Shown piece by piece: positions 38,701-50,965 of a stretch of 64,000 bases of DNA (positions within the stretch are counted from its first letter, which is position 1; each line of letters starts with the position of its first letter). Source of the stretch: Zygnema circumcarinatum SAG 698-1b (Eukaryota; Plantae; Zygnematophyceae); contig CM074809.1 of assembly GCA_037447605.1 (NCBI GenBank), positions 2,594,689 through 2,658,688 of the forward strand, given 5' to 3'. The notes beneath the pieces were generated by a model. It was given only the letters and a program-made list of their open reading frames with translations. It made no database searches and was not told where the DNA came from. A program made the position numbers and the translations under genes.

Positions 38701-40253
38701 GTCACCTTGATCTTCCCGACGTCACTCAGCAGGACCACCAACTCTTCCTCAGTGGTCTCCTTGGCCAGATGACTAATAAAAACTACTCCTTCACTTTCTG
38801 CTGAATTCGTGCTCGGCCGCTTTGTTGAATCAGTTTTTAGATCTGCAGGCAAGGGACAGGCGAGTGTAGATAACGAAGGTGAGAAGGTGAGCGACAATGA
38901 ATATCAGTTATAATCAAGCTGCCCTCAGTTTGAATCCGGCAAAAAGACGTGACGAAGGACTGAGTAAAAATGTTGATGAAAAATACAGCCACTGGTCAGG
39001 CCTCTGCTAGTCTGAACGAACAGATCTCAGTGCTTTCCTTGCCCCATTGGCACTACTCACCTCGGTTATGATGCCTAATCGTCCATCAAGAACGGATGCT
39101 TTGTTTCTCAAGGTCAAAAATGAAATCAAATGATTGCACCAGTGGAGATATAACTGTGTGAAACCCTGGACTAACTTGGAACTGAATGAAGGAAAGCTAA
39201 ACGCTGGCCAGAGGCATGATTGTCTTCAAAGCTCTATCTTTACATTTAGTGTAATCCCTTTCTTCATCGTGGACCAGGCAAAACTTCAAACTCGACGGAA
39301 AAAACGCCTGGCATTTAACAAACCAATTGGGATTCACATCTCTTTCACATTGTTCAGAAACGAAAAGTTCATCAAACAATTTGCACTAGCAGCCCTTTTG
39401 ACTACGAGAATGAATGACGTAACCGATAAAGCAGCACAAGCTCCGCTGGAGTTCACAGGCCAGAACAAACATGTCAAGACATCTGCATGGACGTTTGTCG
39501 ATAAAACACCCATCACTTATCATCGCCACCCTACAGATGGTTCCTTTGCTCCATCGGGAGCAAAATCAGCTAAAAGGACGATGTATTCCTTGTGCAGACA
39601 TAAAGGAACACTTCTTTTCCAATCAAAGCAAAATTATATGCTGCAGAACTAGATCGAGGGCGGACAGGTGCCAGAATAACCTACTCCAAAAAACCAAGAG
39701 CTATTACAAGTAGAGAGCATCAACATTACATAGGCCCATCTTCAAGTATAGACAGGGTTCAAGACCTTCTGTAAAGTCGAACCCTCAAGCTTGTACGGCA
39801 CGAAAGAATCTAGGAAGAGACTTGTACAATCTCCCCGCAGAATGTCTCAGAAGGTCACCAGTTCATTTCCTGGAGCAACAGGACTTGCTACTTACCCTTC
39901 CCTTCATGCTGATGTCTATCCTTTTCCTCCTCGTCCTCGCCTTCGATTCCAGCTCCTCTACCATCAGTCAGCTCTTCCATCCTCATATTTTCTCCTATAT
40001 CTGCGTCTCGTTCATAGCGGCCATCCAAACCTCCCCCTCCCTCCTGCTCGTGGTGAAATTCACGCTTCTCACCGTCCCGCATCCCGAGGGATTTTCTCTG
40101 GCGATATCCACCTTTACCACCACGAACATCCTCCTCTCCTTCGGATCCCCTTCCTGTACTGTGTTCCTGCCTCATCTCGTTATCCCAATCCTCCTTTATA
40201 TCTTCCCACTCCACATCAGCTGCACCGCCTCCTTCTTCCCGCCTTCCGTCCAT
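35774..40253 (-). CDS. TAF15: TAF15/FET-like RNA-binding protein (RRM + RanBP2 zinc finger + R/D/G-rich tail); 5 or more exons
   Basis: RRM pieces GVVFISHLAKETTEEELVVLLSDVGKIK|VDKEGGAPSIHLQ...HLVKWFDG|YEFKGSRIAVELEK. ZnF REGDWICADPM|CGNLNFARRTHCNQC. The RD/RG-rich C-terminus ends RRGRRDRF*. Confidence 0.85.
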
Positions 40254-40545
40254 CTAGACTCCGCCCAGAATCCTCGACAGCGATCGCGCCAACGTCTACC
40301 TCCGGCGGGAGCAACTGCAAGCGTCTGAGCAGGGCTGAAAGCTCCAAAGGTCGACGGCCTGCACTGCAGGCGCTACCCGCTGCCGCGATCGGACCGCGGA
40401 AGGGCGAGAGAGAGAGGCAGCTCAGCAGGCAGAGCGGGGCGGGGGCGGACCAGAACCGAAAATATTCGGCAACTACATGGAATTTTGTTAAACCTTTGGA
40501 AGATTGTACGAATAATCCGTACGATGCCGTGCCGGAGGTACAGTA

Positions 40546-42309
40546 CAGTCAGCAGTCCTCATATTTTCCACCCTGTACAGTGCGTCCCCAAGAAATTCGC
40601 CCCGATTTTGCCGAAACCAGCTTTTTGTACGGTAACTCTGTGTTAGCCGTACTACCCGTACTATCCGTACCCCTAAAACCCTAGAACCCTAAAACCCTAA
40701 AAACCGTACTAGCCGTACTAGCCGTACTAGCTGTACTAGCCGTTACGGGCTTCAGCAAAACTCACCGAATCTTCCCGCACGTGCCGCCGTAAGAGGCGCT
40801 CGCTCGTCTTTCCTCCTTCTTGGCTCCGATACGACACGACACGATACGATACTGAACGAAACGGTACGATATGGTACGGTACGATACGTACGGTCCAATA
40901 TGAACTCTAACATGAACTCTAACAATACCGCGCGTCTATTGGTAACACGAACCTTCTATTTGCAAAAATCAATATTTTCGCCTCATATTTGCCAAAGGAA
41001 AATTCTATTCTCACACCTTTTTTGCCTACACACAGACCTTTTTTCGCCGGGCAGGTTCTATTTTAGAAAATCGAAAAATGCTTTTTTAACACCTTTTTTG
41101 TCTATACACACTCCTTTTTCCGTCGGGCAGATTTTACTCCTGATTTTTTTTTGGAGTGAAAAACAATATCGGCTTGCCCGAATCCACTGAAGCGGAAGAT
41201 CCGTCCGCCACGAGAATCGTTCGCGGGTGTGCGTCCCTTCACAAGCATTGAATCCCGTCGACTAACTCGCAGATCGCAACACGGCAGATCACCGTTCGAT
41301 CTGCAGTCGGGCTCTGTCCCAGCGAATGGCACGTGCCCACGTGCCCCACCAATGCCGGCTGGCACGTGCTAGAGCGCGCGTCCCACGGCCCGAGATCTCC
41401 ACAAAATATGAGCTTGACTGGCCAGCCTGCGGCGGCTCTCCAACTAACAGCCAACACCATCTCCCAAGTGTACCCTTAATCACGTGGCAAATTATAATTG
41501 GTCCAAGCATTCAATGTACGGTATTTCGCCTTTCCTCGAAACTGTGACCGTACAGTTTTTGTATGGACGGTTTGAGCCGGATTTGGCGGGACACGTGGGC
41601 CCGTGCCATTCGCTGGGAACGAGACCAACTGCAGATCGAACGATGATCTGGCGTGGTGCGATCTGCGAGTTAGTTGACGGCGGAGATTCACCGCACGTGT
41701 GAAGAACGCACACCCGTGAACGATCATGGGGCGAACGGATCTTCCGCTCCTAGCGGATTTGGGCAAGCCGATTTTTTCCTCTCCAAAAACAAAATCAGGG
41801 GTAAAATCTGCCCGACGGAAAAAGGTTTGTATCGATTCCAGAAAGGAATGAAAAAAGCATTTTTCGTTGTTAATCCTTTTTTTTCTAAAATAGAACCTGC
41901 CCGACGAAAAAAGGTCTGTGTGTAGACAAAAAAGGTGTGAGAGTAGAATTTTCCTTTGCCAAAACCATGGCGAAAATATGAGGACTGTTGACTGTACGGG
42001 AACTCACCTAATCTCCCCGCACGTGCCGCCGTAAGAGGCGCTCGCTCTTCTCCCCTTTCTTTTTGGCTTCGATACGATACGATACGATACACCGAGCGGA
42101 AAACTACGTCTATACGTTACGATATGGCACGATACGATACGATGCTAGCGATGTGGTACGGTATGGTACGGTATGATACGTACGGTCGAACATGAACTCT
42201 AACATAATGCCGCGCGTCTATTGGTAACACGAACCTTCTATTTGCAAAAATCAAGATTTTCGCCTCAGATTTGCCAAAACCATGGCGAAAATATGAGGAC
42301 TGTTGACTG
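40546..42309. mobile_element. Non-autonomous Tc1/mariner-like foldback element with one left end and two right ends
   Basis: Left: TA|CAGTCAGCAGTCCTCATATTTT (TA at 40544-45). Right: AAAATATGAGGACTGTTGACTG|TA, ending at 41994 and again at 42309. It has an internal ~370-bp inverted repeat (~40975-41345 vs ~41590-41985) and a ~220-270 bp direct repeat (~40770-40990 vs ~42010-42280). No transposase ORF. Confidence 0.75.
40671..40742. repeat. Interstitial telomere-like (CCCTAAAA)n seed followed by (CCGTACTAG)x4
   Basis: ccctaaaa-ccctagaa-ccctaaaa-ccctaaaaa, then ccgtactag repeats. Confidence 0.7.
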
Positions 42310-43492
42310 TACATGTACAGTACTGTACTGTACTGGAGTGTGCGGAAATCGAAACCACGAGGGAAAAAATGGCCAGGGAGAAGAGACTATGTCAAACCAC
42401 GAGAGGTTCGAAGACGTGCTTCGTCTTCTTCTCATGCATATGCATGTACTGTACCTTTCTTTGGGGAGAACGGAAACCACGAATAACTACGACCTTTCGA
42501 GTAAGAAAACTGCAAAACACAACATACGGTACAGCAAAACCCTGCGAAGAAAACGAGAACCGCCAGGGAAATTTTGAAACGAGGAGTTCCTTGAGCGGTC
42601 TTGTAGGCGTCCAAAGTGGCACTACATCGCCATTGTTTCTTAAGGGTGCCACGGCAGCATGTCCATACAGATTCTCAATTTCAACTCTAGATACGTACAG
42701 TGTGTATACTGGACATGTATACCTGTACGTATCTGCTATCTGGTATCTAGTATCTGTAATGCGGGTGTGTATACATAGATATATAGTAAACATGTAAACG
42801 CACTTCAATTCTAAAATTTGTTCAATTGCTTTTGAACCCATAAAACATCGCCACAAAATTTGATGGCCGAAAGCTTCAAGCAAGGAAACATATTCAAGCA
42901 ATCATGCATGTTAAGATACCATCAAGAACAGTTGCCAGTCCCCGCTAAGGGGACTAAATAGGCAGCACCCACCAATTCGATGTTTCAAGATTTTTTCTTC
43001 ACATCCTTGTTGCAGGGAAATTTAAGCAGCATGTTAGCGTTTCATGTTCGCTTAAGTGTTGATAGCAAAACGTGTCGGAGAGAAAGTAAGACAAGCTGTT
43101 GACAGAGCTACTAGAAGCTATTGATGCCTTCCCTACACCTCTCGCCAAACAAGCGGCGTGTTCTCACTATACAACCTGTAGAGAAAGACAGAAAAGGACT
43201 CTCGTAGTTCCCTTCTTGTGAATGGATATGTAAACTCACTAATTCGTGCTGCTATCGCCCATTCAGAGTTCGGCATAACCTGGAAGTCCTTGGCACGGTT
43301 TACTATATTTACAATTAAAGAAGGTCACGTTACAGAAAGGGGTCCAAAAACGATATATACACCAAGAGATCAATGCCACATCCCTTTATATGTACACCAA
43401 GCCATTCATTCGGTAACACGTGTCGCCATTCCAATGTCCAGAGTGTTGCCCTCGACGTTGTCCTCTAAGTACTCGTACAGATCTGCTCAGCT

Positions 43493-44974
43493 TTACTGAA
43501 AGCCCAAAGCTTTCTGAGCTTCTGACACCAATTGTCGAGCCTCTGCAAGGTCTTTTTCGTATTTTTTTTCTGCTAATTCCAGGGCCACGACTTTTGACTT
43601 CAGCTGCTCTACCTCCACTTCCAACTCCGCCTGTAACCTGGCCCCACCATAATTCAGCAATACACCCCGGATCAGAATAATCGAACCAACCTTCTACAGT
43701 ACCTGCACGCGAAGCACACACAAGTTTATAGACTGCCCTTGATTCCACTTGATCCATCGCACGTGCGCTCCAAGGCTCTATCGCCCTGGAGTTGGCAAAC
43801 GCCCAGGGTCGAACTGTATCCTTAGAAGTGTGCCCAACTTGGAACAGGAAGTCCTCCAAGGAAGGAAGCCCGGGTAGTTTGGAGATGGCAGTCACTTTCC
43901 TGAGTAACAGTGGGTTCACCCGTTTCGACAAATGCACCAAAAAATCATTTCATATTCTTCACTCTCACGAGTTTAGGAAGGCCAGCAATAACTCGGCTGG
44001 GTTCTTGAACATGAGGGCTCATCATCCCAATCAATACAACCAACCTTCACGATTCATGGACGGTATAGACGTGGCGCTTTAGAGCTTTGAGGAAAAAGAT
44101 GGGACCGCCATACTCTGGATTTCCAAGTCGGCCAAATGTCAGCTGTTGTTGGCCTCGTCGCAGTCGTTCCTTATCCTCGCGCAAAACGTTTCGAGCTTCT
44201 TGTAGAGCTGTTGCATGCAACACCAATCGTATCATTACAGGCTACAACATCAAACTTTCAGCCATCAAACCATAAGAGTATCAGAAATATAAGCTCAGTT
44301 TTGTTCCAATGAAAGTGCATATGATCTTTGAGAAACGCCGAGAATGGCGGGATTGGTCCACGACAACAGATTTTATTCTTTAAGGTATGTTCAGAAGGTA
44401 AATTTCACCATGGTAAGCTGTTGTTGCTTGCTGCTTGGCTTTTTCCAGCTTCACCTTCCACACTTTATCTTTAGCAGACTTCTCTGCTTGCAGTGCCATG
44501 ACGGCTACAGCTCTCTCTTCTGCTGCTTTTGCAGCAGCCAGCTTCGCCTCCATAGCTCGTCTGAAACGGAAGGACAATACGGAAGTTCAGGGTGAACTTT
44601 GTGCCTATTCCTATCAAGGAGAAAGACAAACACTATATTTATTTATTGATGAAAAATAAAAATTCAGAGGCCAAGTTGGCGAACAGCATTCTCCTCAATG
44701 GTAGAGTTAGCTATTCAACGCGTCACTAGCACACAATGTTAGCAAAAGTTCCATCATGTCCAAGAACATTCACTTTCTAAGCGACTAGCGAAGTACGATA
44801 TGCAGGAAATCATTCGTATATACAATTATGAAACCTCCTAAACGGAATTTTGCTCAACCCGCATGCCATAACAACGTCTCTTCAATTCCAGATGCTACTG
44901 GCTCGCTGGAATGCCATATCTCACCTTGCAGCAGCATTTGCAGCTGCTTCGCGGCCATTTTCTGAGCCCTGCAT
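43493..44974 (-). CDS. Hypothetical coiled-coil protein; about 5 exons
   Basis: Phase-consistent splicing gives MQGSENGREAAANAAAR|RAMEAKLAAAKAAEE...QATTAYH|ALQEARNVLREDKERLRRGQQQLTFGRLGNPE|KVTAISKLPGLPSLEDFLFQVGHT...MDQ|AELEVEVEQLKSKVVALELAEKKYEKDLAEARQLVSEAQKALGFQ*. The start and last donor are uncertain. Confidence 0.65.
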
Positions 44975-45189
44975 CGAGCGACAGTGAAGACCTGTGCGAC
45001 AGCGAAGCTGCTGCACAGTCGAAAGTAACGAGTGAGATAGAGTGAAGTGAAGCCTTCGCTTCCGCGCGCTGCCTGCCGGGCGCTGCAGAGGGTGCCTGCA
45101 GCTACAGTTGCTCCGAAAATCGATACGCCCTGAGATATTAGCCGATACGACTTGGTACTCGCAGGGAGGCCCGGACGCCCTGCCGAGAG

Positions 45190-45345
45190 GTATAGGATAT
45201 GGACCGTTGGATATGTCACGTGTACTCTCACGGACTCACACGAGCAAGGATTTGGGATTTGGACCGTTGGATATGTCACGTGTACTCTCACGGGTTCACA
45301 CGTGCAAGACTGTGGGATTCTACCGTTGAGATATGTGACGTGTAC
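45190..45345. repeat. 60-bp tandem repeat x3, each unit with an MSA-like ACCGTTG and an ACGT/G-box core
   Basis: GGACCGTTGGATATGTCACGTGTACTCTCACGG at 45201 and 45261, with a degenerate copy at 45321. Confidence 0.85.
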
Positions 45346-45854
45346 GGTAGTCACGCGGACTGTCGCATGGGAGGGTACTGTATGTATGGGCATGGGCTTC
45401 AAGCCGGCAGTTGGAAGTTGGAACGGCGGCCGACGGCGGACAGTCGGTGACGGCGGGACGGACGGGGAACCGCGACGCGGGTCCGGTCAAACATGGCGAC
45501 TTAGTTAGCACGTCGCCGTCGTCGCGGCATATGCATGGTCCACGTGACAAAGTGTGTTTGTCCGTACAATATTGGTCTGTCGCATTAGCGCGGTCCCTTC
45601 CACTTTGCGAGAAATGCGAAGTGGTTGAGACATGGTTCGTACATGCGCACCATGCAGAAGGTAGTGGCTCCTGGAAAACGTATATTTCATGAGATCAATG
45701 CCACATCTCTGTCGTCTTTTAGTTTCGACATGGAAGTGGAGATCGTACTCCTGTACGGCGTTCGTGCCTTTGAGGGGACGTGTACTAGAACCAATAGCAA
45801 CCCAAAAGGCCTTCCTCTCAGCAATATCAAGGGTGTTTGCCAATTTCAAATCCA

Positions 45855-46160
45855 TTCAGTAATCAACCATTGGCAATGGGTGGCTTGGTAGGATACCAAT
45901 TGTTCTACCAATGCGCAATGGCTGGTTGGTTCGACCCACCAATGGTTTCAACTTTCAATTAGATCCAATGGTTGAACCCATCACACAGAAAGCACAAAAT
46001 TTACCCTTCGAGTGGCAGATTTTAACTCACAACATTGCGAGGAGGCAGCGCAGCTTCCCCATCACACCGCTAAATACCAAAATTACTAAACAAAAAGAAG
46101 GGTTGACTAGCTTCTTAACCACTTGTCGACCATTGCCAATGCCTCGCAATCATTGGTTGG
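45855..46160. repeat. Degenerate CCATTGG/CCAATGG array between divergent genes
   Basis: aaccattggcaatggg, ccaatggtttc, atccaatggttg, ccattgccaat and tcattggttggatcc. Confidence 0.7.
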
Positions 46161-46962
46161 ATCCACGCTTGACGTGCCCCCGCACTCGCAAGCAAGTACG
46201 GTCGCTCACTACGGAAAGTAAAGCCGCGACCGAACCTGCCTGCGTGACACGTGTGCCGTCACGCTGGCCACCCCCCCGCGCCGTTCTGTCCTTTTTCGGG
46301 AGCGCACCTTCAACGCCATTCTGCAAAATTTCCCCGCAATCCTGCTGTGAAAATCCTAGCCGTCTAGATCCCTAGGTGGAGACGCGTGACAGCCATCCAG
46401 CGGTCCATTCGTAAGTCAACGGCTCGTCGCCTCTGGCTCATCTGCTTTGTCCGCAGATCTTCGCCCGGCCAGAGCCCACCTCAACGAATCTCGTCCGCTG
46501 CGACGAGCCAACTCGCTCTCCTGACCTTCCGATACATCGCTTTTGACACGTGACTCCATCTGAAGCGTCCATTCTGCTCCGCCCAAATGGCCCCTGTTGC
46601 AAGGCCCTGAGCAGGCTCTGGACACGGCAGAGGGCGCCTGCGTTCAGGGCCTTTGGGCAGGCAGGCGGCGAGGGAGGGAGCTGGTGCGGGAGGAGGCCAG
46701 GAGGGCGGACGGCTGGCGGAATGGCGGGGGCGGAAAGAACTCTTCAGCTGAACGGGGGAGAGGGAGAGCGGCTGCAGTGAACTGGAGACTATGGTGCAGT
46801 GCGCGGGAGCTAGGGGGAGCGAGGCCGGAAGGGGGGGGCTGTTGGAGCCAGCTCAGGGAGGACGCGGGAAGGGGGCGGGGAAGTAGAGAAGGAGAGGAAG
46901 AGGCGTCTGCTTAAGACATTGACGGGGCTGGAAGTGACGTGATTGATTTTGGTGGTCTCACT

Positions 46963-49552
46963 ATGTTCGGCTGTAGGAGGGTCGCAGTGGTTCCGCTCTC
47001 ACTGCTTCTTCTGGAGAAGGCGATAGCCACTGACACTACCTTGGAGGAGCTGAAGGCCTCATCGCTAACTGCTCGCAGGTTGCTTTTCTCAGAGTCAGAC
47101 GCATCGAATACTTTAAGAGGATTAGATGGTTCGGCCAAGGACGCTTTAAGGACAGCGCTAAATGCGATGTTTATGTCTTCAACTGCTCGGATGGGGAGCT
47201 CCGACGTTTCTTTTATGAACCAAGGTAACTCCTCTGGCTGTTACCACTCCCTGAATGTTGCACGACAAATGTTAGCATGTGTGCAACTGTTTAAGCTCAA
47301 AATTCTCGATAAAATCTTTTGCGGCTCTCAGCTAAAGGAGTGGGACTCCTCAATCGTTTTACAAAATGCACGCCTTGCAACATTTGAAGTGAAGACTTGT
47401 AATGCTGTGCAGTTACATTATGCCCTTACTGTGCCATCACTTGTGCTCTTCACTGCAGAGAGGACGCAAATTGCAATCGCAATCGTGGTGGGGTTGTCGT
47501 GCTTTCTTCTCCTTCTCCTGGGCCTCCTCTGCTTCTGTCTTCGCCGTCAGGGGCAAGTTGCTCCTCTAACGGCGAGTGACTTATATTCCAGTGGAGGATC
47601 TAAAGAAAACTTACCGCCAACTGTGGACTTAAGCTGTAAGCGCTACTCTGCCTGCTCTTTTGCAAGTCGATTGGCTTTCACATGAATTTTTAAAGTGATG
47701 GGTTCCCTGACATTCTTGTCTGCTGTGAGCTCTCTCAATCCAATTGTAACAATGAATCTTACATTTTGACTCTTGTGCAGTTTTTAGCCGAGCAAAGGAT
47801 TACTCCAGAGCAGATACCGACATCAGATTACATACACCGATCCATTTTGTGCGGTTCATAAAGCGCGCGGAGGTCCTTTGGGCCACTCGCAACTTTGATG
47901 AGAAGCTCATAGTCGGCAGGGGAGCCAATGGAACGGTGTACAAGGGGAAAGGTCCAAGCGGCAGCGTTTGGGCCGTAAAAAGAGCACATCGCCTCAGCAG
48001 TGGCAGCAACGCTACTTTTCAAAACGAGGTACAGATATTTTGGGAAGAAAAATTCCCAAAATAGGCTTCTACAAATCTTAGTTTTGCATAAACAACCATT
48101 TAAGATGGCTCGTTGTGGCTGTTCTCAATTGCATATCTAAACGAGAGGCTTGTGTTTGGCTTGGGTGCAGGTCGATCTCGTATCACGAATGAACCACGGG
48201 AACCTTGTAGGTCTGCTTGGCTACTGCACAGAAGCTGGGGAACGTATTCTCGTGTACGAGTATGTTTCCAACGGCACTTTGCGGCAGCACCTTGATGTTG
48301 ACGAGAGTATGTTGACATCACCCGCATGCCCAACAACACCACAACATCACGGAATATCGGATGAAAGCTGTTCATTGGTCCTTTTATCTTCCTATCTCTT
48401 TCAAACCGCTAGTTGCTTGAAACCATGTGATGTAATCGCAGCCTTTCTAACGGCAGGTAAAATTGGGTTCCTTGTTGGGCAGTGTTGTGCAGCTCCCCTC
48501 TAACTTTCGGAGAGCGTCTTGAAATTGCACTTGGAGTAGCACGAGGTTTGCATTACCTCCACACGTGCGCCAAAGATCCTATCTGTCATGGCAACCTTAC
48601 AACGGACAAAATTCTTCTGGATGGGAGCAACCAGCCGAAGCTTTCTGATTTCGGCTTCTCAAAAACATCCTCCACAGAAAATAATATGTCAGCAACGACA
48701 TTCGGGTACATTGATCCGGATTACAGCAAGTCTGGCATGGCAATGGTGCACAACGATGTCTACAGGTATGCATCATGCTTGAAAGCATGCACCGTGGTTC
48801 CGATTGTGAATGTCAGTGTGGATCGCGGTCTCGGGTAATATGACGGGTTTCACTTCTTGATGTTGTCTGAGCTTTTGTTTACTTCTAGATGTATTTTTGA
48901 GTTGATTATCGTTCTTGCCTCTTGCAGATATGGGGTTGTGTTGTTCGAGCTTCTCACGGGCCAGCATCCACTCCTGGATCGAGGTGGTCGAAAACTACTG
49001 CTTGTCAAATGGGTAAGTGTTTGTGACATTTCACAGCGATAAACAGTACCCGACTCTTCCTAAGCTCTGAACGTTCAATATCATCATAAGTGGGTGCTTC
49101 GGTCTTCCCGTTGGCGGATCCTTTGTGGATTCCATGTCCTGCGTTTGAAATCTGGTGTTGCAGCGTTGAACAATGGTGTAAGTACGGATGCATGCTGCCC
49201 CTACAAAACAATAAACTTAAGCCACCCATATTTCGTTTTTCATCTTTTGCAGGCCAATGAAAAGATCTTGGCCCAGCAACTGGATCTGCTTGTTGATCCC
49301 ATGATTGACTCCTCGTCATGCTCCATGGATGCCCTATCGAGGCTTGCGCGCCTAGCGAGAAGGTGTACATTTAGCAAACCGCAGGAGAGGCCGGAGATGT
49401 ACGACGTCGTGCAGGAGCTGGAAGACATGAAGGCGGAGCTCATAGTGGAGATCGACCAGGACGCCATCTGGGACTACCAGCTGCCGGAGGACGATGTCGC
49501 CTCTGTTCAAAGTCCCCCCACGGCAGACTCACATAGGTCCACAATTATTTAG
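46963..49552 (+). CDS. Receptor-like kinase (RLK/Pelle) with short ectodomain; predicted pseudokinase; about 7 exons
   Basis: Signal-like MFGCRRVAVVPLSLLLLEKAIA; TM IAIAIVVGLSCFLLLLLGLLCFCL; kinase motifs IVGRGANGTVYKG, WAVKRA, HGNLVGLLGYC, LVYEYVSNGTL, HGNLTTDKILLD, KLSDFGFS, GYIDPDY, DVYRYGVVLFELLTG, ERPEM. Confidence 0.9.
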
Positions 49553-50440
49553 AGTTTATTTGTCCCCTCATAGCGTTTCTGTAGCTCACAAAGGAGAGCA
49601 GACCAACAAGCAATAAGACGAACGCCGGCCATTTCATCCTTCGAAGTTGGGATTGTTGTGGTTCAGTAGAGCTTCGGTCAGAGGGGAGGGAGGGGCGAGG
49701 GAGGGAGGGAGGGAGGGACAGCTTTGCGAATAGTTGTGGGAAGCAACCTCAGCATCCCACATGGCGTTGGGAAGGCCACGTGGAGCAGTTACAGCATTTT
49801 GCTGAACCTGTGCAGACAAGCTTCGAAATGTAGTCATGGAAGGGATGCTGGCTAGTAATTGTAGTCAAACTTGTAGCTGACCAAGTAATAATTGCGCTAA
49901 AAACTGGTCCTGTATGTACACGAGCTGCAAACTTTCATGCCCTAACACGTTGGCAGTATCCTTGGCGCAATGGCAGCCATAGAGATGCGTGTGCACACGC
50001 AGCCATAGAGTGGGCGGGCGTGCAATCTGTTCATGTTTCAACTGTTGATGACATGCTCCTTGGGAAACAGTCACAGTCTCATAAAAGCTTGTCGAAGGGA
50101 AGGCTTTCGCAAACATGCTTTTGTTCGTTGTTCAGTTCGCTGAAACGATACAGATTTTTAGGGTTACCATGGAACAAAAGTAGAAAAACAGCACAAACTT
50201 TGTCTTAGCAAGTCAAACACTCGCTGAAGCGCAATTCCTATACCGTTGACCAGTGCTGTCACAAAGCTAGGGTTTAACATGCCCGCACCGCATGCCGGCT
50301 CACAAAAGAGCAGCATGTCACGTCCCTTCATGCTTACTCTCACGGGCATTAACTCGGTGCAGTTTGGCGCTGGCACTTAGCAGCATGTCGAGCGGCAGTG
50401 AGACCCATGCAAAATCTGTAGCTGTGCACGCACTTTTTAA

Positions 50441-50580
50441 CTGCGTTGTTGTGCCTAGACGTAGTTTTCCGCTCCTAGCTTCGTTTTATTGTGTTTCGGT
50501 CCTTTGCGACCAGTCCCTCGTGGTTCCACATTTTGCTTTTGTCCATGTACATTTGATGGCCTCGCCATCGCGAGTTCAAT
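50441..50580 (+). repeat. ~160-bp dispersed repeat, copy 2
   Basis: ctgcgttgttgtgcctag..ttttccgctcctagc..gaccagtccctcgtggttcc..catgtacatttgatggcctcgccatcgcgagttcaat. Confidence 0.85.
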
Positions 50581-50640
50581 GAAAGTTTCCAGGGTATTGT
50601 TTAACAGTTTTTATAACAAAAACTTACAGCAAATGCCATC

Positions 50641-50713
50641 TCCGTTGTAGTCTAGTCGGTTAGGATACTCGGCTCTCACCCGAGCGACCCGGGTTCAAAT
50701 CCCGGCAACGGAA
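50641..50713 (+). tRNA. trnE-CTC: tRNA-Glu (anticodon CTC)
   Basis: Acceptor stem TCCGTTG/CAACGGA; anticodon arm CTCGG-CT CTC AC-CCGAG; T arm CCGGG-TTCAAAT-CCCGG; TTTT about 20 nt downstream. Confidence 0.97.
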
Positions 50714-50879
50714 CGCTCCCGATGTTAACCGACCCTTTTGCCATTCTGCATCCTCCGGGTGGCTCGGTTCCCGCCGTATGGTACCGTACGGTTACTGTGC
50801 GCGGAGCCGCGGGCACTCAGCGAGGGCGGCGGGCGGCCCTTAGAGGGTGGTCGGGCAGGCGTGCGTGGCAATGATCGAT

Positions 50880-50965
50880 TCGATCCTACGCCAATGGTTG
50901 GTTGCCAACCATTTCAACGGTTGGTCTGGTTGTTCCATGCCGTTCCAATGGTTGGCGACCAATGA
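50880..50965. repeat. Short CCAATGG palindromic array downstream of the tRNA
   Basis: ccaatggttggttgccaaccatttc...ccaatggttggcgaccaat. Confidence 0.7.

Noticed and set aside
40671-40705. True chromosome end
   Set aside because: Only four degenerate units, embedded in a repeat element with genes on both sides.
42392-42901. Possible transposase remnant next to the Tc1/mariner-like element
   Set aside because: No DDE/D or HTH motif is recognisable, and the ORF includes low-complexity (TA/CA) sequence.
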